Shown here one piece after another: positions 55,292 through 64,000 of a DNA stretch of 64,000 nucleotides. A model generated the notes under the pieces. The model made no database searches, was not told where the DNA came from, and saw only the letters and a program-made list of their open reading frames with translations. Positions within the stretch are counted from its first letter, which is position 1. Every line of letters begins with the position of its first letter. The position numbers and the translations under genes were made by a program. The DNA is taken from positions 1 to 64,000 of the forward strand of contig JAGWLG010000014.1 in the NCBI GenBank assembly GCA_028864975.1. The letters are read 5' to 3'. This stretch comes from Thermoplasmata archaeon (GTDB lineage Archaea; Thermoplasmatota; Thermoplasmata; Lutacidiplasmatales; UBA184).

Positions 55292-57079
55292 TCAGGAGTG
55301 GCCCGTGCAGTCCGATTGCAAGTAGACCGGACCCCACCAAGAATAGCCCAACTCATACAGGTACACAGAACCCACCGATGTGCAGACCACCGAGGCGCGC
55401 AGCCCAAACTCGTAGTTCTTGAAAATGGCCGCGGAAAGCCAAGAGGGGACGGTTGGGGCAAACTCGTCAGAGTAGAGCACGAACTGCGGAAGGTGTGAGG
55501 CATTGAAAGGAAGGTAGGACCCATTGGTGGGGTACCAATAGAACGAGTAGGCGTGGACGTTGTTCGCGACGAATGGGAACAGCTCGGTCGTCGCCACCAC
55601 GTACGCGCCCACTGGCACCAATTGGGCGAGCCTCTGCACGTCCTGGAACCCCGGGGGGTGGTCGAACGAGTTCCAGTAGCCCGGGGGATATGCGTCCCTC
55701 TCGGACGGGGTCGTGGTCAGCGGGTTCGCAGGACCCACCGCGAGGTTCACAACGAGCACGATCGCCAATCCCGCCACGAGCCCTCCGCTCCGGTAGAGCT
55801 CGCGTAGGCCCGGAAACCTCGATCCACGGGACCTCACGAGGGCGCGAATCGACGACACAAACCTGGCTACGAACGCCCGGAGGGTCGTCACCGGTAGCTT
55901 TCGGACCCCGAAGGCCATCCCGACGAAGACCCCATAGGCGGCCACCAAACTGTACTGGAATCCTATGGAGACGTAGTTGAGATCAGGGCTGAAGAACGTG
56001 AAAAGCATCCATGGGAGTCCCAACAGAAGCGCCCTGGGGCAGAGGAGGGGAACGAACAGGACAAGGGCGTAGACCAGGACCCAGTACTCCAGTTTCGCTC
56101 CGAGGAAGTCCTCGAGGAACCCCCATCCCAGGCCGAGGCTCGAGGGTGTAAAGCCCCATTGCTTGCCGGAGGAGGGGACAGAGCCACCGAGGATAATCGA
56201 GGACCACGGGCCCTGCAGCATCCTGAGGAGAAGGTACGTGGCGCCGGCGAGGACCCCCATGAAGAGGCCCATCAGGATTGTGCGTCTCTCCGGCCATGCG
56301 AGGCGGAGCTCGCTCGAGGCCTGCCAGGCACCGCTCTGTGGTCGGCCGAGTAGATGTCCTTTGATCCGCTCGAGCCAGCCCCAACGCACCTGGGGAACGA
56401 GAAAGAAGAGGGCGGTGGAGATGACGAAGAGCGGTCCAATCTCCAACGTCAGCATCGCCACGACCGCGCTGACGACTGTCGCGACCCAACGCTCGAGGTA
56501 CCAGAAGTAGAACAATGAGAAGAGCTCGAGCGGAAGAAATGCCTCCAAGTGGACATCGTACATCTGCGAGGCGAGGAGGGGCGTCCATGCGAGATAGAGG
56601 ACGGCGACCCAGAGCGACTTCCCGCTCGATCTGGTGATTGAGACGGTAAGCGCGTAGAGGGGAATGGCGGCGAGCGCCACCACGACGCTCTGAACCGCGA
56701 GGAGCGTGAATCCGGATGGGAACACCCAGTAGATCGCAGCCAGGGGATAGAGCATGAAGGAGGGATGGACCTGAAAGAAAGATGACGCCCCGATGGTCTC
56801 CGAGCTTCCCGAGTTGTAGAACCCCTGGCCGTGCGAGCCGGTCCATAGGGCCTGCTGCATGATGCCGAAGTCCCAGTTCTCATCGTAGAATCCCATGAGT
56901 CTGAGAGAGGAGAGCGCGAAAGATCCTAGCACGTAGATGGCGACTGCGAGCCACAACAGACGCGGCAAGCGTGGATGGGAGAGCCGAGGTGCCCCCCTCG
57001 CGCCGTCCGGGTCTCGAGGTCGCTCCTGCTCTGACTGGCCTTCCTCTAGGCTAGGGCCAAGTTCCCGGGCGTCGTTCAT
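55292..57079 (-). CDS. DUF2079-like membrane protein 3
   Basis: WDFGIMQQALWT, QVHPS, DVHLEAFLP, VPVGAYVVATTELFPFVAN. The ATG at 57079 overlaps the FkbM stop. Confidence 0.8.
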   Translation of the reverse strand: MNDARELGPSLEEGQSEQERPRDPDGARGAPRLSHPRLPRLLWLAVAIYVLGSFALSSLRLMGFYDENWDFGIMQQALWTGSHGQGFYNSGSSETIGASSFFQVHPSFMLYPLAAIYWVFPSGFTLLAVQSVVVALAAIPLYALTVSITRSSGKSLWVAVLYLAWTPLLASQMYDVHLEAFLPLELFSLFYFWYLERWVATVVSAVVAMLTLEIGPLFVISTALFFLVPQVRWGWLERIKGHLLGRPQSGAWQASSELRLAWPERRTILMGLFMGVLAGATYLLLRMLQGPWSSIILGGSVPSSGKQWGFTPSSLGLGWGFLEDFLGAKLEYWVLVYALVLFVPLLCPRALLLGLPWMLFTFFSPDLNYVSIGFQYSLVAAYGVFVGMAFGVRKLPVTTLRAFVARFVSSIRALVRSRGSRFPGLRELYRSGGLVAGLAIVLVVNLAVGPANPLTTTPSERDAYPPGYWNSFDHPPGFQDVQRLAQLVPVGAYVVATTELFPFVANNVHAYSFYWYPTNGSYLPFNASHLPQFVLYSDEFAPTVPSWLSAAIFKNYEFGLRASVVCTSVGSVYLYELGYSWWGPVYLQSDCTGHS

Positions 57080-58128
57080 GCCTTCGTGGCGATCCCCGCC
57101 CGAGAGGCGTAGATGGGCCCCTTGATTCCCAGCAGGTTCGTGTTCAGCACCCGTCGAAGGTCTTGGGGCGCTCTCAGACTTCGGAGCCCATAGCCGCGAC
57201 CAGCATCCGAACGGGTCACTTGGAACAGTGAGAAGCTGTTGCTGAGAGCCTCCCACATCTGTTGAGATGCGAACTGCCGGTTCCATTCCACGATGACGGC
57301 CATGTCCTCCGTCGACCGAAGGAAGTTCGACATGCCGCGTATCACCGCGAGCTCGCTCCCCTCGACATCGATCTTGACGACGGCGGCGCGGGACGCGGGC
57401 AGCACCCCGTCGAGGGAGACGACCTGAACCGCGAACTCCCGCGACGATGGCGAGCCACTGACCAGGCTCCCCCAGCCGTCCTCAAAACGCTCGACCCGTA
57501 GCACGCCCTCAGAGCGCTTCTCGCCCGCGGCCTCGCATCGTGTTGAAACGAGGCCCTCGGCCGAGTTCAGGCGGACGTTGGCCTGGAGACGTCGAAAGAC
57601 CTCGGGGTTCGGCTCGAAGGCCACCACGCGACCGTTCGGTCGCACCCACGACTGTGCGAGGGCAGTGAAGTATCCGCTGTTCGCGCCAACGTCAACGAAG
57701 AGCTCCCCCGGACGGAGCAAGTCGCCAAGGAGGGCCGTGGTTTCGGGCTCGTAGGACCCATCGCGGCGAAGCGCCCAATAGGTACGCACGTCCCGCATCT
57801 GGCGAAGATCGAGATCGAGCTTGCCCTCCGACAGGGGAACCACAAGGCTCGGTCCCACAGAGGAAAGAAGCTTGGCCTGGTAGAGATGGAACCAAGTGAT
57901 CATGAACTTCTGCGCCCACCAACTGCTTCCTGGAACCCGTGAAGTGAGGTCCACCACCTTAGCCCAGCCGGCACCCCTGTCGCGGGGGGGGTGCCTGCCT
58001 CCGAACCCGCCTAAAGGGGCCACCGCAGCGCGCGCTCCTATCCCCGCGGTCCTCCCCGTTGCAACGGCTGGTGAGGACCGGGAGGACACGTCCATCCTAG
58101 CACCCTGAGGTCGTCGTACGAGATTCAC
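57076..58128 (-). CDS. FkbM family methyltransferase
   Basis: YEPET, FVDVGANSGYF, VVAFEPNP, VKIDVEGSEL. The start is uncertain and may be as late as 57903. Confidence 0.88.
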   Translation of the reverse strand: MNLVRRPQGARMDVSSRSSPAVATGRTAGIGARAAVAPLGGFGGRHPPRDRGAGWAKVVDLTSRVPGSSWWAQKFMITWFHLYQAKLLSSVGPSLVVPLSEGKLDLDLRQMRDVRTYWALRRDGSYEPETTALLGDLLRPGELFVDVGANSGYFTALAQSWVRPNGRVVAFEPNPEVFRRLQANVRLNSAEGLVSTRCEAAGEKRSEGVLRVERFEDGWGSLVSGSPSSREFAVQVVSLDGVLPASRAAVVKIDVEGSELAVIRGMSNFLRSTEDMAVIVEWNRQFASQQMWEALSNSFSLFQVTRSDAGRGYGLRSLRAPQDLRRVLNTNLLGIKGPIYASRAGIATKA

Positions 58129-58457
58129 TTCGGCGGGACCAGCGGTCTATCGGGGAACCACGGGATTGACCCCAGCATTCTCGGGTTCCAGATGATTTCA
58201 TGAGACTCGCCCCCCACTCGTTCATCTTCCTTGGTGGTGACGGACGATGGAGGTCCTCTCATCGCCGAATTGTCAGTTGCCCAGGGGCGGGTATATATTC
58301 CTCTTGTCCCGGCAGTGGAACTTCATGCTGTGATGACGAGTCGAAGTGTCCTGTTGAGTGCCCGTCGACGTAGGGACCGTGGGGGGAGGGTCTCGTTCTA
58401 CCAAACGGAGATTACGCTTCCGAACTCTGCACACTAGCCGGGGTACCAAGAGATCCT

Positions 58458-59489
58458 ATGTCTCCCTCCCTGTCCGTTCTGATCACTGCATACGGCCCCG
58501 CCCCATTCCTCGCAGAGGCGCTTCGTTCCGTCCGCGATCAGGTAGATCTGTCCCCCACGGACGACATCGTTCTCCTCACGGACAGGCCTAGGGACCTCGA
58601 AGCCTTGGGTTGGCCTCCTAAGGCCCCGCTCCCTCCCCTTCGCCTCGTCAAGCTCGACGAGCCGCAAAAGGGGAAGTTCTTCGCCGCAGGGTTCCAGGCC
58701 TGTCGAGGTGAGGTTGTGGCCACCCTTAACGACGATGACATCTGGGAGCCCCAGAAGATCCAGGTCGTTCGTCGAGCTTTCGAAGGGAACTCGTCTGCAG
58801 CCTATCACCACCATGGCGTGAGCTTCTTCGGCCTTGGGCCGGTCCGTCCCCCGGGGCGGCACCGGCACGCACGGCGGCGCGACGGGGACCAGCGCACCCT
58901 CGTTCGCGGTTCGCGAGGTTGGGAGAGAAGTCTCGGTCGATACGACCTCGGTTTCAACGATAGCTCAATCAGTCTTCGTCGGGACCTGGTCCTCTCCCAC
59001 CTCCCGTGGTTCGAACGGATTGACGCAGGAGAGGACACCTTCCTGCTCTTCTGCGCACTCACGTCGGCTAAGGAGCTACTGCTCGACCCGAGAAGTTTGA
59101 CGCGATACAGGGTCCACGCCAGCAACAGCTCGGTGTCAGGCAACCGCGACGCTCCCGCGGCGGCCGATCGACTTCATCGTGAGTTCGAGAGGAGACTCAA
59201 GCTCTACCAGGTGCTCGAATCGATGGTGGGATCTTGTGCCCCGGAGCGCGAGGAGGTCCGAGCTTGGGCACAGCGAGGTGTCAGGCTCTCCGAGGCCGTA
59301 CTCGCGGTGACCGGATCGAGCTCGTCCCGGAGGACACTCATGAAGGCGGCCGCGGGCCTTCTCGACGATTGGGACGAGTTCGACCCTCCCGTCAACCTGG
59401 CGGTCTCGGCCCTCGCCAGCCTCGGCGTCGCGTCGCGACCCCTAGCCACCCGGGTGCTCTTCCAGCTAGGGATCCGAACGGATATCTAG
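58458..59489 (+). CDS. GT2 glycosyltransferase (paralog of 42350-43477)
   Basis: VLITAY, ATLNDDDIW, FNDSSISL, EDTF, YRVH. Confidence 0.85.
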   Translation: MSPSLSVLITAYGPAPFLAEALRSVRDQVDLSPTDDIVLLTDRPRDLEALGWPPKAPLPPLRLVKLDEPQKGKFFAAGFQACRGEVVATLNDDDIWEPQKIQVVRRAFEGNSSAAYHHHGVSFFGLGPVRPPGRHRHARRRDGDQRTLVRGSRGWERSLGRYDLGFNDSSISLRRDLVLSHLPWFERIDAGEDTFLLFCALTSAKELLLDPRSLTRYRVHASNSSVSGNRDAPAAADRLHREFERRLKLYQVLESMVGSCAPEREEVRAWAQRGVRLSEAVLAVTGSSSSRRTLMKAAAGLLDDWDEFDPPVNLAVSALASLGVASRPLATRVLFQLGIRTDI

Positions 59490-60710
59490 CGCCATGCGCT
59501 GAACTCTCCCACCGATGGCGGAAGTCGATCGAAGGCCCCGCAGCGCCGCTCCGACCGCGTCGGGTGCGCTCGTCCCATTGATCAATGATCGAATGACCCC
59601 GCTCCAGAGCTCTGCCACGGTCTCTAGGCCGTAGAACCTTGAGCGCTCGCGGCAGTTCTCGCCCATTGTCGCGGCGTACCCCCGGCGACAAATCTCGTGC
59701 GCCTTGATCACGAACTGGGACGCGTTCTCGACGAGCCACCCTGTCCACCCGTCGATGACGGTCTCCCCCGGCCCCTGTCGCCCGTAGGTAAGGACCGGGG
59801 TCCCGCAGGCCATGGACTCCACAGGGACCAGGCCGAAGGGCTCCTCCGTGAAGGGAAAGGCCGTGAAGAGCGCGTGGGTGTAGAGCGACTTGAGCTCCTC
59901 GTCGCTCACCCGGCCCAGCATCTCGACCTTCCCTCGTCGGGAGCCCTTGAGCCCGCCCTCCACCCATCCCGCGCTCTTCGAACCGAACACCTTGATCGGA
60001 TAGTCGAGCTGGAAGAGCAGCTTCACCGCTTCCACGTCAGTCTCCTTCCCGAGATAGACGAGGATGTAGCTCCGCGAAGGCTGGGCCGAGGTGGGCGCGA
60101 AGGCGTGGGACTGGAGGAAGTGGGGAAGCACGCCGTGGACCTCGACCCCCCGGCTCAGGAACCAAAGCGCGTTGGCCGTACTGTTCGTGTAGATCCGCCG
60201 AACCCCGTGGGCCATCTTCCAGAAGTGTCGTCCATCGACCAGCCCGATGGGGGGTGCGGCGAGGCTGGCCATCCGACGTAGTGAGGGGGTGAGCGAGGGC
60301 TGGATCGTCCGGATCGTCGTGCCCAGCGGTCGACCCATGATCCACCAGATGTCCGCGGGGAGCCACGTCGTCTGGGAGAAGTTCACGCGGAGGCCTGGGC
60401 GGCCTGCGAGACGACGCTCGAGCAATCGACCGTTCAGCCCCAAGAGGGCGTCGCGCGCCCAGGAGAGCACGTAGGACGGCACCTCGTCTCGAGGATGTCG
60501 GGGGCTCGGGAAGCCGGCTCCGCCGTCCACGACCTCCACCCCAAAGGACTCGAGCTCGGCACGGACCTCTGTGCGCACCGCGATCGAAGCAACGGTGACC
60601 TCGAAGCTCTTCGCCAGCTTGCTGGCGAGGGGGGCCACCTGCCCGTACTGGACGAACTGAGGAGTGAGGAGAGGCTCGGTCACGAGCACTAGGCGTTCAG
60701 AAGTGGCCAT
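59466..60710 (-). CDS. GT4 glycosyltransferase
   Basis: LGRVSDEEL..LY, FPFTEEPFGLVPVESMACGTPV, ETVIDGWTG. Overlaps the convergent GT2 by 24 nt. Confidence 0.85.
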   Translation of the reverse strand: MATSERLVLVTEPLLTPQFVQYGQVAPLASKLAKSFEVTVASIAVRTEVRAELESFGVEVVDGGAGFPSPRHPRDEVPSYVLSWARDALLGLNGRLLERRLAGRPGLRVNFSQTTWLPADIWWIMGRPLGTTIRTIQPSLTPSLRRMASLAAPPIGLVDGRHFWKMAHGVRRIYTNSTANALWFLSRGVEVHGVLPHFLQSHAFAPTSAQPSRSYILVYLGKETDVEAVKLLFQLDYPIKVFGSKSAGWVEGGLKGSRRGKVEMLGRVSDEELKSLYTHALFTAFPFTEEPFGLVPVESMACGTPVLTYGRQGPGETVIDGWTGWLVENASQFVIKAHEICRRGYAATMGENCRERSRFYGLETVAELWSGVIRSLINGTSAPDAVGAALRGLRSTSAIGGRVQRMALDIRSDP

Positions 60711-60867
60711 CCCTAGGCCTCCGGCGTGCGATGCACCCTCTGGGGGTGATTAGACCCTTACGTTGCACTCGCACAACGTGCGGAGGTTGGCCGAGCTCCG
60801 GTGGCGCTGGTCGTTGGACCTTTCTGGCCTCGGTTTCGCCAGTTGACCCCGGAAAGAGACACCGGGA

Positions 60868-61923
60868 TCATTGTCCCAAGGCCGTTGCACTCGAGGAAAC
60901 GGAGGCCCGAGCACTCTCTGAGAGGGCGGGCTCCTTCCCGTAGGGGAAGCGGGGGAGGGTGCTCGTACCGGCGGATTGACCGGACCCCCTGGCCCGGACC
61001 CGTTCCCACCGAACATGGTCGCGTCCCGGGATCCAGCGGTCGACGGTCGCCAGCCCCGTCGCAACCACCTCGCCGACCAGAAGGGCCAACATCGCTACCG
61101 TAGACCCCGGAGTATCGCGAACAACTTCGAGCACTAGCGCAACGGCCTCCCCGGGATGGCGCTTCGAGAGCTCTCCGATGGTCGTGGGGCTCACCCCGGT
61201 CCGTTCCCTCACCTGGACATGCCCGACGTGGATCCTTCGGCGCTGCCTCACGAGTCCGCCCCAAGAGCCAGGGACTTCGAGCTTGACGCGGGCCTCGGAT
61301 GCATAGACCAACTTCCCGCCTGCTTGGGTGAGCCACGCGCCCACGAACGCCCCATCGTTGATCACCCCAGCACGAAGCGGAGGCCGGGGGTCCGTGCTCA
61401 AGAGCAGGAGCTCGTCGGAGAGGTGCGTTCCTCTTCCGGAGCCTAGAAGTCTGCGATGCAACTTGTCGTGCAGCTCCCAGAGGCACGTGAGGCTCTTGCC
61501 GAGCAGGCCAGAGACCTCCTTGGGCACACAAGGTCGCCCCATCACGCCGAAGGGGGGGGAGAGCCCTCGCGAACTTTCGAGCAGGGCAGCGACCGCACCT
61601 AGCTCGGCGTAGGCATCTCCGTTGAGCAGCACGAGCCACCGGCCATCGGCCCTCGCGAGGACCTCGGCCAAGGCGGCCGCCTTCCCCCGGCGGTCAGGCT
61701 CGACCAGGACCTTGATGCGTGGGTCGCTCGCGGCGACCTCCTGGGCTTCCTCGACGGTGCGGTCGGTGCACCCGCTCGCCACTACCCAGATGGTGTCCCA
61801 CGCGATTCCCGAAGGGAGGGTCTGGGAGAGGAGCGAACGGAGGGACCGGCCGATATGGCCCTCCTCGTTGTGGGCCACCACGCCGCCAACCAGACGGTGC
61901 GGGAGAACCGGAGGGGGCGGCAT
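60868..61923 (-). CDS. GT2 glycosyltransferase with variant processive-type motifs
   Basis: VVAHNEE, VASGCTDRT, GKAAAL, LLNGD, INDG, RQRRRI. Confidence 0.8.
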   Translation of the reverse strand: MPPPPVLPHRLVGGVVAHNEEGHIGRSLRSLLSQTLPSGIAWDTIWVVASGCTDRTVEEAQEVAASDPRIKVLVEPDRRGKAAALAEVLARADGRWLVLLNGDAYAELGAVAALLESSRGLSPPFGVMGRPCVPKEVSGLLGKSLTCLWELHDKLHRRLLGSGRGTHLSDELLLLSTDPRPPLRAGVINDGAFVGAWLTQAGGKLVYASEARVKLEVPGSWGGLVRQRRRIHVGHVQVRERTGVSPTTIGELSKRHPGEAVALVLEVVRDTPGSTVAMLALLVGEVVATGLATVDRWIPGRDHVRWERVRARGSGQSAGTSTLPRFPYGKEPALSESARASVSSSATALGQ

Positions 61924-62037
61924 GACCTGACCTGTAAGGCCCCGAGGTCAAATATGGATAGGCCGGCCTCACCGGGCGGTCGCCTACGAGAACCGGACCG
62001 GCCGGGCCGTGTGAGAGTTCGTTCGGCGGCGGCAGTT

Positions 62038-63426
62038 TCAGTGCCAGAAGAGGAGGACGATGTTCGCCGCGGCCAGGCCCCCCACCATCACGGGGAACGC
62101 CCGAACGATGTAGGTGCCCCACGAGACGTTCACCCCGGCCTTTCTCGCGACGGCGAGGCCTACCACGTTCGCCGAGGCCCCGATGGGGGTCCCGTTCCCT
62201 CCCACGTCGGTGCCCACGGCAGTGGCGTACACCATGGCGCCGACCGGGGGGCCTCCCGGGGTCGCACTGATGTGGGCGATGATGGGGGCCGCGGCGGCGG
62301 CGAGCGGCACGTTGTCGACGACGGAGGAGAGCAATCCCAGGCTCCAGAGCATCACCGAGGCTAGGAGGAGCACGTTCCTTCCCCCGATCGACCCCAGCCC
62401 TTGGGCGACCGCGCCGATGACCCCCGTCAGGTCGAGGATCCCCACCAAGAGGAAGAGGAAGAAGAAGAACCCCAGCGTGGCCCAGTCCAGCCCCTTGAGA
62501 AGCTCCTTCCAACCCGACCTCCCGGCGACGAGGAGGGCCAAGAGAGCGCCGATGAGGCCGATCTCCCCCACGCTCGGCGGGATGTAGATATTGACCGCGA
62601 GGAGACCGATCGTTCCCGCGAACGCTCCCACCGCGAGGGCCACCCGGGTCCGGTCCAGCTGGGGGAGCGGAGGGAGCTCCACCGCCACCTTCCGCTCCTC
62701 CGCGAGCTTCTCCGTCAGGCCGCGGGCTTCGAACTCCTTCGCTTCCCTTCGGTGGAGGAGACCGAACCCCAGAAGGGTCACGACGAGAGATCCCAGGGCG
62801 AGGGGGGCGGCGTAGACGAGGAACTGGTCGAACCCCAGCCCGAAGTAGGTACCCAGGATGACGTTCGGTGGGTCCCCAACGAACGTGGCCGCTCCACCCA
62901 CGTTCGAGCAGGAGATCTCGGCCAGCAGGAGGTTGACGGGGGAGGTCCCAAGGGCGCGGGCCACCTCGATCGTGATCGTCGCGAGCACGACCATGACCGT
63001 GATCGAGTTGATGAACGCCGAGAGGGCGAACGAGAGGAAGCTCATCACCAGGAACAGGTGGTAGGGCCTCCCGTCGGACCAATCCGCGAGGCGGATCGCG
63101 ACGTATTGGAAGACCTTCAGTCGGTTGAGCAGCGCGGCCAAGAGGAACAGGCCGAGGAGGAGGCCGAGGGTGTCCCACTCGATGAACCCGCCGGGAGCCC
63201 CGCAGAGATGCCACGGGCTGCCGTGCGGGTAGTACCCGAAGAGCGTGCAAGCGCTCAGGCTCGCGCTGAGGGCGACCCCCTGCATGGACGCCACCGCGAC
63301 GACCCCTAGGCCCAACAGGGAGCATCCCGCCGCAACCCAGGTCTTCTTCTCCTCTTTCCAGGCGAAGAGGATGTACGCAGCGATGAAGATCCCGATGGCC
63401 GCATACCCGGCCCAGGAGAGGAACAA
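62038..63426 (-). CDS. ArsB/NhaD (IT superfamily, P-protein-like) permease
   Basis: IEWDTLGLLLG, SAFINSIT, SNVGGAATFVGDPPN, SSVVDNVP, GGNGTPIGASAN. Confidence 0.88.
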   Translation of the reverse strand: MFLSWAGYAAIGIFIAAYILFAWKEEKKTWVAAGCSLLGLGVVAVASMQGVALSASLSACTLFGYYPHGSPWHLCGAPGGFIEWDTLGLLLGLFLLAALLNRLKVFQYVAIRLADWSDGRPYHLFLVMSFLSFALSAFINSITVMVVLATITIEVARALGTSPVNLLLAEISCSNVGGAATFVGDPPNVILGTYFGLGFDQFLVYAAPLALGSLVVTLLGFGLLHRREAKEFEARGLTEKLAEERKVAVELPPLPQLDRTRVALAVGAFAGTIGLLAVNIYIPPSVGEIGLIGALLALLVAGRSGWKELLKGLDWATLGFFFFLFLLVGILDLTGVIGAVAQGLGSIGGRNVLLLASVMLWSLGLLSSVVDNVPLAAAAAPIIAHISATPGGPPVGAMVYATAVGTDVGGNGTPIGASANVVGLAVARKAGVNVSWGTYIVRAFPVMVGGLAAANIVLLFWH

Positions 63427-63442
63427 GGTCGGTCCGCTCCCC

Positions 63443-64000
63443 CTACCTCCCTTGCGGGATCCCGTACCACTTCTCGAACCTCCTGAGGTTCTCGAGGCTC
63501 CCCACCACGAGGACCAGGGTTCCGACTTCGAACCGGGTCGTGGAGGGGGGGTTGATGATGGTCTGGTAGCCGGGCCCGCTCCCCTTCCCGGTGGGGCGTG
63601 CGATCGCCATGATCAGGCAGTCGGTCGCCCCGCGAACCTTCCCCTCGGCCTCAGGGAGCCGAAGGTTGGCGATCGGGGACCTCTCCGTGACCCTGTACTC
63701 CTGAACGTCCGCCCCGTAGGTGGCGGTCGTCAGGTCCTCGAAGGTGGAGGCCACCTCGGGACGGAAGGCAGCCGAGGCGCAAAGCCGACCCCCCATGTCG
63801 TCAGGGGACGCGATGTAGGTCACCCCGGCCGCCTCGAGGGTCCGACGGAGCTCCGGACGGCTGATGCTGACGACGACCCTGATCTCCGGGTAGAGCGCGC
63901 GAGCGGTCAAGGCACCGATCAGGTTGTCCGTGTCGCTGGTGGAGGCGAAGATGATGGCGAAGGCGCCGTCCGTCCCGGCTCTCTTGAACGACTCCTCGCT
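63443..64000 (-). CDS. TrkA/RCK-domain protein (5' part outside the window)
   Basis: The open frame to the window edge reads SEESFKRAGTDGAFAIIFASTSDTDNLIGALTARAL (RCK-N), then AGVTYI and a TrkA-C-like tail. Confidence 0.8.
   Translation of the reverse strand, partial: SEESFKRAGTDGAFAIIFASTSDTDNLIGALTARALYPEIRVVVSISRPELRRTLEAAGVTYIASPDDMGGRLCASAAFRPEVASTFEDLTTATYGADVQEYRVTERSPIANLRLPEAEGKVRGATDCLIMAIARPTGKGSGPGYQTIINPPSTTRFEVGTLVLVVGSLENLRRFEKWYGIPQGR

Larger units (their letters stand above)
48479..61923. other. Surface-glycan locus, part 2 (downstream of tRNA-Gly)
   Basis: Four GT2 genes, a GT4, an FkbM and three DUF2079-like genes, mostly with lower GC3 than the core genes. Confidence 0.65.

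Noticed and set aside
1-64000. CRISPR arrays, IS elements, integrases, rRNA, defence genes
   Set aside because: No regularly spaced direct repeats, transposase/recombinase motifs, rRNA signatures or defence-system motifs were seen on either strand.

Overview
High-GC archaeal DNA, most likely from a Thermoplasmata member. Markers are ribosomal protein L40e, archease, KEOPS Pcc1, TrmI, an archaeal-type IleRS, a DUF3198-like protein and TATA-like boxes about 25-30 nt upstream of several starts. Positions 1-26.9 kb are mostly housekeeping genes: ileS, an AMMECR1-domain protein, rpl40e, a serA/class V aminotransferase pair, a MoxR-DUF58-DUF4129 operon, a GNAT + OSBS/N-acylamino acid racemase pair, a GHMP sugar kinase and acs. 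Positions 27-62 kb are a large cell-surface glycosylation region of visibly lower GC, interrupted by a core-like block (trmI, NUDIX, tRNA-Gly(GCC)). This region holds three GT4 and five GT2 genes (a sixth GT2 lies at 10.7 kb), four SAM methyltransferases (two FkbM, one TylF, one Zn-finger class I), a hexapeptide acyltransferase and a Gfo/Idh/MocA + DegT pair. It also holds five large multi-pass membrane proteins with GT-C-like acidic loop motifs: two 824-895 aa paralogs sharing a novel C-terminal module and three tandem DUF2079-like paralogs. The best candidate for an undescribed system is this lipid-linked, extracytoplasmic glycan building/decorating locus. Other leads are two or three structured intergenic RNA candidates (one with mutually exclusive helices) and several apparently catalytically degenerate enzyme homologs. 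I saw no CRISPR array, rRNA, transposase or integrase. All family calls come from motif recognition by eye, not database searches.
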